A stretch of 63,863 nt of DNA, the filler included, from Octopus bimaculoides (Eukaryota): assembly GCF_001194135.2 (NCBI RefSeq). It is 6 parts of 6 records of this genome, joined end to end, with 100 filler letters (N's around TTAATTAATTAA, not from the genome) between each part and the next. Parts side by side here need not be neighbours in the genome. Positions count along the whole stretch, not along the records: positions 1 to 14,233 come from NC_068987.1; 5 more parts are not named here. The stretch is one strand, 5' to 3'. Below are positions 1 to 12,306 of the stretch, in pieces. The position numbers were made by a program, and so were the translations under genes. The notes below the pieces were generated by a model, which saw only the letters and a program-made list of their open reading frames with translations, was not told the DNA's origin and did not search any database. Position 1 is the first letter of the stretch; the number at the start of each line of letters is the position of its first letter.

Positions 1-363
1 TAAATGGTCAATTTCGGGCATTTTCGACCATGAGGAATCCATTGTTGCGACTCCCAGATTGCTATCTTGTAAGTTGTGGACACTTAGTAAACCATTAGCA
101 TCTGGTTTACATCGAATTACTGTAACATAGGTTATCTCCCTTGTGTTTATGTAAAATCTCGTGCTTAATCCCCCCCCACCCCAAGATAATGCAAAAATTC
201 ACCCTTTAGGAAGCAAAAAAATCAAAAAATAATTGGCCGATTCCGGGAATTTTCAACCATGAGGAATCCATTGGTGCAACTCCCAGATTGCTATCTTGTA
301 AGGTGTGGATTTCTATAGATGCAACACACACGCTCGCAAACTCAGATTTACCATATGTACTGA
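1..363 (-). mobile_element. 5' terminal part of a non-autonomous Helitron-like element (runs off the left edge)
   Basis: Minus strand starts A^TCAGTACATATGGTAAATCTG, similar to the TC 5' end at 41536 (TCTACTACATATGTGGAAATCTG). An internal ~60-bp block is duplicated (21-80 vs ~250-310). Confidence 0.45.
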
Positions 364-884
364 TAATAATTAATTCCTTTGTATGCATATAATTATGTAT
401 ATAAATGTATAGATATGTATTTATGCATATTTATGTATATGTAAAAGTGTGTATATATGTATGTATTTATATTTACAACTTAACCTTATGAACTTTCAAC
501 ACTATGACGAAGCCCAGAGGCACACCCAAGTACCTTAATCTTATCTACCAAATACTTCAGTTCACTGAAGGGATGGAAGTAAAGTGGGGTACTATGACTT
601 CTTGGCTGAAATAGCTGTAAGAGACTATTCTACTTTCTATGTCCTACGTTATATATTTTAATAATTACTGGTATTTTTATATATGTAAAGCATAATATGT
701 TATACATGTATGTATACTGTAAAAATTGTTTGTTTGAAAAATAAATAAATAGACATAATATAACGTCTAAAAGTTGATGAATATCACCTCGTGATCCCCT
801 CCATTTATTTATTGCTATATATATATGTGTGTGTGTGTGTGTGTATACACATACACACACACACACATACAGTGGGCTTCTTTC

Positions 885-1025
885 AGTTTCTATCTACCAA
901 ATCCACTCAAAAGGCTTTGGTCAGCCAGAATCTATAGAAGACACTTGCCTAAGGTGCCATGCAGTGGGACTGAACCTGCAACCATGCGGTTAGGAAGCAA
1001 GCTTCTTACTACACAGCCATGGCTG
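885..1025 (-). mobile_element. SINE family A fragment (tRNA-like head, CCTTGGGCAAG CORE-like box)
   Basis: Reverse complement matches the fuller copy at 47848-48217. Further degenerate copies at about 2135, 3725, 11930, 24660, 27985, 29015, 38300, 40635, 46510 and 56005. Confidence 0.75.
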
Positions 1026-1406
1026 CGCATGCTTTTGTCTCTTTGTTTTTACATTGCATGATAGTTGTAAATGAGCATGTTAATTTTCTAAGCAGGCTGT
1101 TCTGTTGATCGGATCAACTGGAACCCTTGTCATTGTAATCGACAGAGTACCAGTTGTTTTTTGTGTTGAGGACCCCATGTGGAAGGTAGAGTTAGACACA
1201 AAGGCCCACACCAGAGAGAGTTATGATGATAATGATGAGAATTATACACAAGAGCAGTTATTTATAGAAATCAAACCTGTTTTTTAAAACATGGTCTTCA
1301 GTCAAAAAATAAAAGAGAGAAACTTAGTTTCACCCCTAAAAATTGACATAGACAGCTAATTTATTATTAACAGTACTGTTAATTTCAAATTGCAAAGGAA
1401 ACTTAC

Positions 1407-1569
1407 TTCAAGAAGTTGATCACCAACATACAAGTCATGTTCTACGGCTAAACTATTTTCACTTATAGATGAAACAAAAATGCCTCCAGATTTCAAGGCT
1501 TCGATTTTGAAGCCAACAGGTTCTGAAGACATTTCAATGCTCATACTTCGTGTATCACCTGGTTTAGGT
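1407..1569 (-). CDS. DLG5: Internal coding exon, N-terminal two-thirds of a PDZ domain (DLG5 PDZ3-like)
   Basis: Acceptor tttctgtttcag, donor GAA|gtaagt. Peptide (K)PKPGDTRSMSIEMSSEPVGFKIEALKSGGIFVSSISENSLAVEHDLYVGDQLLE has PDZ hallmarks (xGF loop, GIFVSS, GDQLLE). The phase-2 start fits exon 3122-3236. DLG5 is assigned from recalled similarity to SEPLGISI..GGIYVSKV..GDQLLE. Confidence 0.85.
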
Positions 1570-3121
1570 CTGAAACAGAAATGCAAATTCTTTTTATGGT
1601 AGAACAAGGACAGCATAATAAAACTACGAAGAAAAGCTATAGCTTTTAACATTTCCATCGGATAAGAAAATTTTTCATAAAAATTTTCATCATATTTTCT
1701 GAAGACAATCTTATAATAATATTTTCTTAATCTACAGAATTTACCTACAGCTAATTGTTTTAAACTCCAAACCATGTTTTTTTTTTTTTAATATCTCCCA
1801 ACAATGTATTTCCTTATTATTTGTTTATGTAAGTAATAAGAAACTGGAAACTATCATGATCTGTTTGTAAGTGTGTTTGTGTATGTGTGTGTGTGACACA
1901 CATTTAAGTGTAAAATATCATACATACTCATACTTAATAAGCCTCTTTACTGAGCTGCCCCAGAAAAAGAATGAACTTATATAAACAAAAAAATATTTTG
2001 ACATTTAAAATGAACAACTGAAAATAATTTTTATGAAACTGTACTTTATAGCTAACTGTGTTTAGAAATTTTGTACATAAACTTCTATTTTATATGTCAG
2101 CAATTTTTTGCTTGAAATTATTTCAATTACATTGGGTACAGGGATGGCTTCAGGTTCAGTTCAACTGCAAACTAACCAAAACCTTGTGAGTGGATTTGGT
2201 AGATGGAAACTGAAAGGACATTGCACGTGCATGTGTGTTCTGATATCAGGCCACTTGTGAAGTCTGTCATGAATGTTACTAGTAACATGGAATCCAGTAC
2301 AACCTGTTGCATGGTCAGATCGTTGGCAACTAAACTAGCACCTCCACTAGGCTTGCCTTGTGAAAAGGGTTGCTAGGAACCCAGCAGGGCTAAAAACAAG
2401 ACCTGTCAAAAGTATGAATGAACCTAGTGTAGGTTCAATAGCTATCTAGCAATAACATGGGCACTCAGAAGTTCTATGTTGGTGTCTGACATGCTGGAAG
2501 ATCACTGGGAGTGAGGGTTTATTAAAGCTTGTCTCTAGAACTTGCTTTAAACCCAGGTGTTGTTTGCTCTGATAATTGGTCATTGAGTCCTCTGTGATAG
2601 TTGGCAATTGATGGCAAGACAGGCTCTATCCCAAAGCATATATGCATGTGACCGGGACCACATATGAACTTATATTTCCACTAAAACTCCAAGCAACTTG
2701 TTGGTTGGAGCTGGCACAATCAACCCCAGGTGAATGTCACCACAAGTAAGTAGTAGGTGTGTGTACATGCACATGCATGAGACTATTTTTGCATGTATTT
2801 CTCTATCTTGACATTACATAAAAGTTGTAAATGAGTGACACTGTCATATAAATGATGTCCCTTGCTTCCAATCTTCTGTGTAAACATGTCTAGCCATAAA
2901 ATATCTGTATCAATGAATACTGCCAATACTACACAAGCATGGAAAAGCAGATGTTAAAACGATGATGATATGAAGTACTGAACAGGAATTACTCACATCC
3001 AAACAGCAAATACAAATATAAACAAATATTTAATGTTTGTGCCCAGGTTAACTAGCAAAGAAAAAAAGAAACATAATATATTATCCTTCCTTTGATGAGA
3101 TGATTAAAAACATTTCCTTAC

Positions 3122-3236
3122 TTTCTTCCTTGTTTCGAATGGACCCAAAAATTAGATAAAGGTGGCACTAGAGAAGGTGTGGAACTTCGTTCCAAAGGAA
3201 ACATCACAGGTGACATTGGACTGCTGCGTTCTGATA
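3122..3236 (-). CDS. DLG5: Internal coding exon (Ser/Pro-rich linker before the PDZ)
   Basis: Acceptor ttcttgtag, donor AA|gtaagg. Reads (V)SERSSPMSPVMFPLERSSTPSLVPPLSNFWVHSKQGR(K). Phase 1 in, phase 2 out, matching both neighbours. Confidence 0.8.
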
Positions 3237-4261
3237 CTACAAGAATAATTTAACATAGAGTTAATTAGGCAATATTACATAATAAAATACTAAATTATCT
3301 AAACTCAATACAATTCACTAAGTAACCAATAATATTGTTAACCCTTGTGGTACTAACTCACCTGGAAATGATCTGGTTCTGATACAAACTTCCTGTTTTA
3401 TAGATCTTAACTAAAACCTTCCATCAAAATTTCATGTGAATTTATATTTTGAACACAAACTTAATAATGAATTTCCTTTTTTTGTTTTTGCTGAAGTCTT
3501 TATTTTCAAGATTAATTGAAACAAAAGAAGTGTATTTAAGCAAGGGTTAAATCAAATATTAACAAATCTGATGTGTGATTAATGAATAATCAAAGGTAGA
3601 GATAGGGTGTGTATATGGGGGGGGGGGTTATAAAATATGGGAGATTCATCATGTAATATCATTTCCTATAACTAAGCAGCCGACAATGAAATCAGCATGG
3701 TGTCAATTCCCAATATGTATACAGGCATAGTTGTGTGGTTAAGAAGCTTGCTTCCCAACAATGTGGACTTGGGTTCAGATTTACAACGTAGCACCTTGGG
3801 CAAGTGTCTTCTATAGTCTCAGGCCAACCTAAGGCTTGTGAGTGGATCTGATATAGGGAAACTGAAAGAAGCCCATTGTGTATGGTGTGTGTGTGTGCAT
3901 GTATATTGTTATATTTGGGGATGGTCATTTTTTTTTATGCCAATTAACCATATATACTATATACTTGCTCTTCACTTCAGCTTTATTATTATTATTATTA
4001 TTATTTTAGTGTTCTTTGTCTGAAATCATTCATCAATACATCTTGTGACCTCTTCAGTGACTCTCCACCCTAAGTGTCTCTTCCTGTACTGTTTAGTTCA
4101 TCTTTGTATATGTATGTGTGTATGTATGTATATATATGAATATGTGTGTATGTATGTATATATATGAATATGTGTGTATGTGTGTGTGTGTGTGTGTGTG
4201 TATTTTTATAAATATGTCATCATCATCATTCAACATCCATCTTCCAAGCTGGCGTGGTTTT

Positions 4262-4562
4262 TGTTGTGGCGAAAGTACAACACCCTCTGATAAGAAGAGA
4301 CAGGACCACAACAGATTAATAGTAGCAGTCTGACGTAGTCAGCAGTTCGTAGTTTCGTTTTCTAAGTTCAAGTACAGTTTACAGTTTCAGTTAGTGTGTT
4401 GGAAATATCAATGATTGGTTCATAAAAGATTGTTGGTTCGTTACGTGTTTGTTACTGCCGCTGTTTCTATTTTGTATTCTTATAATGCTGTTACAAGGTA
4501 TTCTTTATCTAACACCGACAATATCAACTATACTACGATATTGGAGGTGTAAGGATATAACA
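4262..4562 (+). repeat. 5' LTR of the Gypsy element
   Basis: TGTTGTGGC...GGATATAACA, collinear with 8694-8976. Confidence 0.9.
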
Positions 4563-4613
4563 TCTGTTGACAAGGATTTTTCAAAGCTTACATAGATTAT
4601 TTGACCATTTGTG

Positions 4614-4780
4614 CCCGTGCTGGTGGCACGTAAAAAGTATCCACTACACTCTCAGAGTGGTTGGTGTTAGGAAGGGCATCCAGCTGCAGAAACATTGCCA
4701 GATTAGATTGCCAGCCCCAGTCAAAACGTCCAACCCATGCCAGCATGGAAAACGGACGTCAAGCGATGATGATGATGATG
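4614..4780 (+). mobile_element. RTE-type 3' tail with (GAT)n end, inserted in the Gypsy leader
   Basis: ggtggcacgtaaaaag...gttaggaagggcatccagctg...ccaacccatgccagcatggaaaacggacg..gatgatgatg, the same family as 36570-36855 and 53985-54215. Confidence 0.85.
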
Positions 4781-5705
4781 GAGAACCTATTAGCTGCAGT
4801 AATACAGCTTCAAGAGAAGCAACAGGAACAACTACAGGAGTTGCAGAAGCAAATATTACAACAACAACAGTTAATTGAATTACAGTTAAGGAAGTCTGAA
4901 AATTCAGTAATTTTGTTTCCACCAGATGGCGTGGCAAACTTGATTTCAGAATTCACTTATAATCTGGAGGAGGGTATTACATTTCCTGTGTACTGTAGAA
5001 GGTATGAAGAAACTTTTAACAAAGATTGCGAGTCATGGCTGGATGAGGAGAAAGTGAGGCTATTAATACGCATGATAGCTCCAGCTGAGCATGAATACTA
5101 CTGTAACTTTATATTGCCCAAAAAGTTGAGTGAGATTAATTTCTAAGAAATTATTGAATTACTATCAAAGATCTTTTGTGACAAAAGTTTGTTATTTAAC
5201 ACTCAAATGGAGTGTTGGAGCTTAACAAAAAATGACGATGATGACTTTATTACATATGCTGGAGTAGTCAACCGTATGTGTGAAGACTTTAAACTTCAGG
5301 AACTCACTCAGAGTATGTTTAAATCCCTTATCTTCATACAAGGCCTTACGGCAACTGAAGATAGAGAAAATGTGGGCAAGGATTCTCTCAAAATGGAGCA
5401 AGCGAATCAAGACATAACTCTACAGACCATTGCAGAAGAATGTCAAACAATGGTAAAACTGAAGCACAACATGAAAAAAAGTCAAGATGTGTCAACCCAG
5501 AAAGTACAACCAAAAAAGAGTGCCAGGCCCCAATCTATGTTATAGATGTGGAGGCCTACACTTTAGAAAAGAGTGTCTGTTTAAAAACCAAAGATGCTAT
5601 AGTTGTCAGAAACTTGGTCACAAGAGCTCACACTGCCGGACAAGATTACGAGAGTTGAATGCAAAAATTTCTAAGGTGCTTTCAGCAGAAAGTGATTACA
5701 ACACA
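4778..5705 (+). pseudogene. gag pseudogene of the Gypsy element
   Basis: MENLLAAVIQLQEKQQ...; ends with tandem CCHC knuckles CYRCGGLHFRKEC and CYSCQKLGHKSSHC. Contains a stop and a frameshift. Confidence 0.85.
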
Positions 5706-8601
5706 TAAACAAGAAAATTTATTCACGTAAAAATAAATGAGGTAAATATTAAACCACAGTTGGATATAGGTAGTGATATTTCAACCATAAATGCAGATAC
5801 ATGGAGGAAAATCAGGAAACTGAGGTTATGTAAAACAGAGAAAATTGTGCATGGCATGATGGTGATAAATTACATTCCATAGGCAAAATGTGTACAGATG
5901 TCACATTCCAAAGATAAACATGAAGCAAAAATATTCATTGTGGAGAATACAATCAATCTGTTTGGTACAGATTGGTTGGAGTTATTTGACTTATGACACC
6001 TTCCCATAAGTATCTATGGCAAAAACATAAATGGTTATCTCGTTAAAAATAAATTGCCTGAGGAATTGAAGAGAAAATTGAAAAAGATGTTTCCTCAAGT
6101 ACTACTGGAGGACTTAGGTCTATGTAAAAAGACTGAAGCCTGCTTTCAAGTAAATGAAAATGCTGTGCCTGTATTTAAATTTAACAGAAGAGTACCGTTT
6201 GTGGCAACTGAAATTGTAAATGAAGAATTGGACAGACTGGAAAAGAGTGGAATCATGAAAAAGGTGGATTACTCGAAGTGGGTTGTGCCCACAGTGTGCA
6301 TTAAAAAAATATAAGATTAGGCTGTGTGCCAATTTCTCTACAGGATTAAACGGCTGCTTAAAGGCATGCTATCTCTACTCCTGACTCTAGAGGACATTTT
6401 TGCAAAATTAAATGGTAGAAAAATTTTCTTCCAATTGCATCTGTCTGACGCTTATTTACAGATTAAAGTAAATGACAATAAATACACATAGAAGATTGTA
6501 CAGACATATCCGGTTACTTTTTGGATTAAAGGTTACACTGGCAATATTTCAGGAAATCATGGACACTGTCATCTGATTGTGAATTTGTAATCCCTTATTT
6601 GGATGATATATTGATTAAGAGTAATTCGCACGAACAGTATGTGGAGCATATAAAAGCCTTGTTCAAGAAAATTAAAGAGTATGGGGTTCACTTTGAGTGA
6701 AGAAAAATGTGAATTCTTTTTGTCTCAAATTAGGTACTTAGGGCAAATAATTGATAAAAATGGTAGACAGCCTGATGCAATAAAGAATATGCCTGCTCCA
6801 ACAAATATACCAACATTACAAGCATTTCTTGGGCTGCCAAACTACTACCAAAACTACATTCCTAACATGCACAAATTAGGAGCTCCATTGAATGACTTAT
6901 TAAAAAAGGAAGTAAAGTGAAATTGGTTAGTTAAACGCCGCAATGTGTGTGAAGAATTAAAAAAAATTTTAATAGCAGATTTGTCTCTAGTGCATTTGAT
7001 CCTGAAATAGATGTTGTAGCATCTGGCGCTTCAGAATACAGAATAGGAGCAGTTTTGCTATACAAATGTAAAGATGGAATTATGAAACCAGTGAATCATG
7101 TTTTGTGCTCAATAACAACAGTAGAGAAAAAAATGCAAATAGAAAAAGAAGCCCTATTGATTATCTTTGTTGTAAAAAAATTTCACAGGTTTCTACATGG
7201 TAGAAGTTTTCTGTTACAAACAGATCATCAACCATTGCTATCAATTTATGGGTCAAAGAAAGGGTTACCTACCCATAAAGGGTTATGAACCGACTACAAT
7301 GTTGGGGTATAATATTACTAAATTACAATTTCAAAATGCAATATATTCCATTGAAAAAATTGGTCATGTGGACTGTCTATCGAGACTAATTTTCCCAAAA
7401 ATACAGAACCACTAGAAGATACTGTGATAGCTGCACTGCAGACAGAAAATGGAATAAAATGTATTATGACTAATGTTATCCAAGAACTGCCAGTGACTGC
7501 ACAGGATATAAGAATGCAATCTGTAGGCAATGATTATATTACAAAAATGAAAGAAGCTTTAAAAAATAAGCAGAATATGAATACAAATTCGAGTAGTTTC
7601 TCAATATGCAATGATATTCTGATGTATGTGCAAAGAGCTGTGGGACCAACTACATTACAAAAACATGTATAGCAGTTCAACAGCGGACACCCAGGAATGT
7701 CGAGGATGAAAGCTCTGATGGAGAGCTACATCTATTGGCTGACTTTGAACCAGGATATCGAAAATTTGGTGAGAACTTGTTGAGGTTGCATGCTTGCGGC
7801 CAAAGCCCTGCCAGTAAAGTATCAATCGTGGCCGGAGACTGAGAACCCATGGTCTAGGTTACATATCCACTATGCCAGACTGGTGAACAGTGCTTACTAT
7901 CAAATCATTGTAGACAACTGTACAAAGTAGCCAGAGGTACACAAATGCAATAAACCAACTGCTAAGACAACTATAAAGTTCCTCTATGAATTATTTACAT
8001 GATATGGTGTTCCTGACATGTTAATTTCTGGTAAGGGAATGCAATTCTTGAGATAAAATGCATGTGATAAAGCATATTTTCACTCCACCCTATCACCCGA
8101 GGTCAAATGGGCAGGTAGAAAGATTTGTGGACATGTTCAAAAGAGTGTTAAGAAAAGCTAGAAATGAATTATGTAATGCTGAAGCACTAGATTAACCCCC
8201 AATCCAAGTACAAATTCAGGAAAGTCACCCACAGAGTTGATGTTCATGAGAAGAATAAAATCAATTTTGAAAAGTTATTGCCAGACAAAAAAAAAAAATG
8301 TAAAGGAAATACGAACTATTTCAAAGTAGGAGATAAAATGCATTTTAAAACCTACAGAAATGGTAAAGAAGGCTGGGAGGATGGCCTTGTAACCAAAAAA
8401 ATAGGAAGTATGATGTATGAAATTAAAGGACCACACTGGGAACAAAGGAGACACATAAATCAAGTAAAGAAGAGACATACCAAAGAACAGAGAGAAATTC
8501 CTTTGGAAGTATTTTTTTATGTAGTCAATGTCCCAGCACCAAAAGTAATGGAGTCCCATAGAATGAACATGAGAAAAATGGAAGCAGACCGAACACCTTG
8601 A
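5706..8601 (+). pseudogene. pol pseudogene (protease, RT, RNase H, integrase)
   Basis: Protease-like QLDIGSDIST (~5760); RT YLDDILI (~6597) and EKCEFFLSQIRYLGQII; RNase H EKEALLIIFVVKKFHRFLHGRSFLLQTDHQPL; integrase zinc region GHPGMSRMKALMESYIYW (~7686). Many stops and frameshifts. Confidence 0.88.
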
Positions 8602-8693
8602 GATAAGGCCCAAGCGAAAAAGATACTAAAAAATAATAATAATAAATAAAATTTCTTTATTCCTTCAGAACTCAAAATCTCAAAAAAGGAAGA

Positions 8694-8976
8694 TGCCGTG
8701 GCAAGAGTACAACACCTTCTGATGAGAATAGACAGGACCACTACATATAAATGGTAGCGGTCTGATGTAGTTGGCAATTCATAGTTTGGTTTTCGAAGTC
8801 CAGGTATAGTTTACAGTTCGAGTCAGTGTGTTGGAAATACTGATTGTTGGTTTGTTACATGTTTGTTACTGCCGCTGTTTCTATTTTGTATTCTGATAAC
8901 ACTGTTACAGTGTATTCTTTATCCAATGTTAACAATATCAAGCGTACTACGATATTGGAGACATAAGGATATAACA
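8694..8976 (+). repeat. 3' LTR of the Gypsy element
   Basis: TGCCGTGGC...GGATATAACA, preceded by the polypurine tract. Confidence 0.9.
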
Positions 8977-9293
8977 GTTTTATGTGTGTGTGCATGTATT
9001 TTTGAGTGGACCCCTGTCATGACATGATGGTTGTAAACAAGGATTACAGTCATACAAGCGATGTTATTCATTTCTAATCTTCTGTGAAAAACATGTCTGG
9101 CCATGGAAAATATTACCTTGCTTGGAAACAGGTGAGGGTTGGCAACAGGAAAAACATCTAACCATACAAAATAAACTCTGTCTGATTCATGGAACACATG
9201 GAAAAGTGGATCTTAAAACAATGTTGATGATGATGAAGATGATGTACTGCAGCAGAAATCTCAAAGAAACAGAGAAGTTTATGATTTCCTTAC

Positions 9294-9501
9294 CAACTTC
9301 AAATGAACTTGTAGAAATTCGTCCCACAGAAGATTTCGTTACTACGCTGGTATTGGATGGAATACGTATTCGTTCATGACCATGTTTTGGAAATGTAGAG
9401 CATCCACTGAACTCCTGAATCTCACGAGAATGTAATGGATAGCGTTGAAGCCGATTGTATGGAAAGTCTTCATTGTGTGATGGAGTATTGTTATTGGTGC
9501 T
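9294..9501 (-). CDS. DLG5: Internal coding exon containing a STFPK..ERIRIPS motif
   Basis: Acceptor ttcctgatctttcag, donor G|gtaagg. Reads STNNNTPSHNEDFPYNRLQRYPLHSREIQEFSGCSTFPKHGHERIRIPSNTSVVTKSSVGRISTSSFEV. Phase 0 in, phase 1 out. ERIRIPS recalls ERIKIPS upstream of vertebrate DLG5 PDZ3 (from memory). Confidence 0.82.
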
Positions 9502-10166
9502 CTGAAAGATCAGGAAAAAGAAAAAAACGTTAAAATAATGAAAAAACAAAAACGTATACCATAATCAAACTTTCTTTTTATCTCATCACTGCACCATCCT
9601 TCAACCATTTTATATACATTTGCTAGTGACATTTAAACCCTGGGTATGTCTTGAAGACAGTGTAGTCTTGTAAATGAGACCACTGTCCAGTTTGTGTTTT
9701 TGTAACATTGACGTATACTAACAACTATTACAGCCTTTCTGCACTCTTTCTCCCTCACTTTGACCAAGTAGATAAAACAATTAGCATCAACTACACTTAT
9801 ATACACACACATCTATACATGTAAACATTTCATGTGTGCTACAGATATTAATATGGGTTACATGGCTTTTACAGATTCTGCAGTTTAAATAGCAATCTTT
9901 AAACAGGTTAAAGCAAACTTTGCTTTGTTGCTACCTACCCAACAAAGCTTACTACATACCTAGATAATGGTTTACTACAGAGATAACAGGCCTCAAGACC
10001 TATACAGAAGAGTAAAAGGAAGTGATAATATTTATACCTTTTTTTGTTCAAAATCAAAATTCACAATTAGCACAATGGACTCTGTTCATTTGCAGCTTAT
10101 AATCTTCCTGAAGAAATCAAAATATTGACTGACATAGTTACTAGATTTATGAAGAAATCAACTTAC

Positions 10167-10419
10167 AGGTTGTGATGATGTGGGTGACATACTAGAACGG
10201 AAGTCTATACTGCGCAAATGGTAGGGTGTACGGTCAGCTTCCATCTCAGGAATTGAAGTATTGATATAAGATTGAGAGCTATGCCGAGGAGACACCGAAT
10301 GAGTGTTGGATCCAAGAGTTGAAGAACTTGTGTTTACTGGTCCATTGCTTGAATGACTGGGTACTTGGTAGATTGAACTTTGGTTTGGTTGTCGAAGTAA
10401 TGTGGTCTGACCAGCAACA
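10167..10419 (-). CDS. DLG5: Internal coding exon (Ser-rich disordered region)
   Basis: Acceptor ttattttttag (alternative CAG at 10409-10407), donor CCT|gtaagt, phase 0 matching the next exon. Reads VAGQTTLLRQPNQSSIYQVPSHSS...MSPTSSQP. Confidence 0.75.
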
Positions 10420-12306
10420 CTAAAAAATAATGAGATCCAGAAAGGCTTATGTAAATGATTAAAAAAAACAATTAATATTTGATTTACAGATACAAAGTAT
10501 TTGGAATTTTTATTATGTTGTACTTGATAAGATAAAGGCAGGGAAGGAATAACACCAACTGATGCCAAGGCAAAATCTGTCATCACTGATATAGAAAAAG
10601 TGATTGAAAAATTAGTGATGTTGCATTTAGCTGATTGGTTGAATAAAATTTCTTTATGTGCAACAGAAGCAATATTAGTTTAAAATAGCAGTCTGTGTTA
10701 TCACACCTAAAGGAGATATATCATGGAAAGTCAAGTAAGGGAAGTATGAATGCAAAAAGAAGATTAAGAAAGTTCTTGAAAGATGAACAGGCTAAAATAT
10801 CTTGTCCAAGTTCAGGGTGGAGATGATGGGTGGAAAAGACTGTAAAAGGTCTGGTGGGTCCCTTAAGGCACAAGGGATTCAGTTTACAGTAAAACATAGA
10901 TTAGAGAAGGTGATACGTGATAGGCTTATGTAACAGGCTTTTGGTTGGGTTCAATCTGACAATCTAGCAACAGAGACATATGCATCATTCCAAATATGAA
11001 GGTAACAGGCTTTCATTTCTGTTGTTGTTCAAAACAATATTTGTTAGAGTGAAGAAATAGACTTACCATGAAATATAAATGGAAACTGAGACCAAGCAAG
11101 TGTATAGTTTGGGAAGTGTTATATTGTTAAATATTGCTCAAACTCTTATTTATGACAGATGGATAGATTAATAGGTAACTTTTAAAAATGTGAGTAAATA
11201 CATCATTTTACATCCCTGTAAAATGAACAAAACACTGGAGAATCAACTTAAAATTGAAACTTGAAGTACCCACATTTCCTCTTTTTAAAATTTGTTCATC
11301 TTAAGAAGTACTTTCAATATACAAGTTTCTAAGAATAAGTTTGTGTTAATCATTGAGTAAAATAAGCTGATGTGCAAGGCACCAAAGGCATTATTTTTAT
11401 ATTTTTCTTTCAAATAGCTTAATTAAAGAAGAACGGGTCAATGAATCCCTTATTAGGATCTGCAAAATTGGTAAAATTATCCTCAGATACAAGACTTGGC
11501 CCTGAGCACAACAGAGTGAACTTCACTAAATATACTCAAGAAACCATATCGTAATGACTGGGTGACTAAGTCTAATTCAAGAATAGGAACAGTGTCCCAA
11601 ATGGACAGTCATGCAGTTTCTATCCACCAAGCTTCACTCACAAGGGTTTGATTGACCTGATGTTAGTGTATAAGACAATTGTGCTAGGTGATATGCATTG
11701 TTATTGAACCCAAAATCATGTAGCTGCAAAGTAAACTTCTTAATTTCATGACTATGTTTGTGTCCATTGGGAGGGAAAGTGGGAATAGATAATAGTATAA
11801 TCAATTTAGGCATCAATGTTGCTGGATTTGACAGAAGGGAGTCTTCGCTTTCAACAACATATTCTTGTGTTTGCTGAGAATAGAGAAAATTGTGAAAGTA
11901 GGAAATTTAGAAATATTTCTGTCTGACTCTCAGCTGCATGGTTTTGGGTTCAGTCCCACTGCATGCCACCTTGGCCAAATGTTTTCTACTATAGTCCTAG
12001 CTGGCCACTTGTGAGTGAATTCGCTAGACAGAAACTGAAAGTTGTCTGTCATATATAGATCGGAAGAGNNNNNNNNNNNNNNNNNNNNNNNNNNNNNNNN
12101 NNNNNNNNNNNNNNNNNNNNNNNNNNNNNNNNNNNATGAAAGTATATTTGTGTATGAGTGTGTGCATACATGTATTATTGTCTCCTTGTTTTGACATTAT
12201 ATGATAGTTGTGAGTGAGGGACATCATTATACAAGTGGTGTCCATTTTCAGTCTTACATGAAAACATGTCCGGTTGGAGTATCAATCTATAGAAAATCTG
12301 CCTCAA

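Larger units (their letters stand above)
4262..8976 (+). mobile_element. Full-length but degraded Ty3/Gypsy LTR retrotransposon, antisense in a host intron
   Basis: Diverged TG..CA LTRs at 4262-4562 and 8694-8976. Identical 5-bp TSD GTTTT (4257-4261 and 8977-8981). PPT aaaaaaggaaga before the 3' LTR. Decayed PBS TGTTGACAAGGA at 4565-4576. Domain order gag-PR-RT-RH-IN. Confidence 0.92.

Noticed and set aside
11634-11875. Open minus-strand stretch after a good acceptor (QTQEYVVESED...SNP)
   Set aside because: Available donors are phase 1, but the next exon needs phase 2. The donor lies in a SINE fragment and the peptide has no recognisable features.
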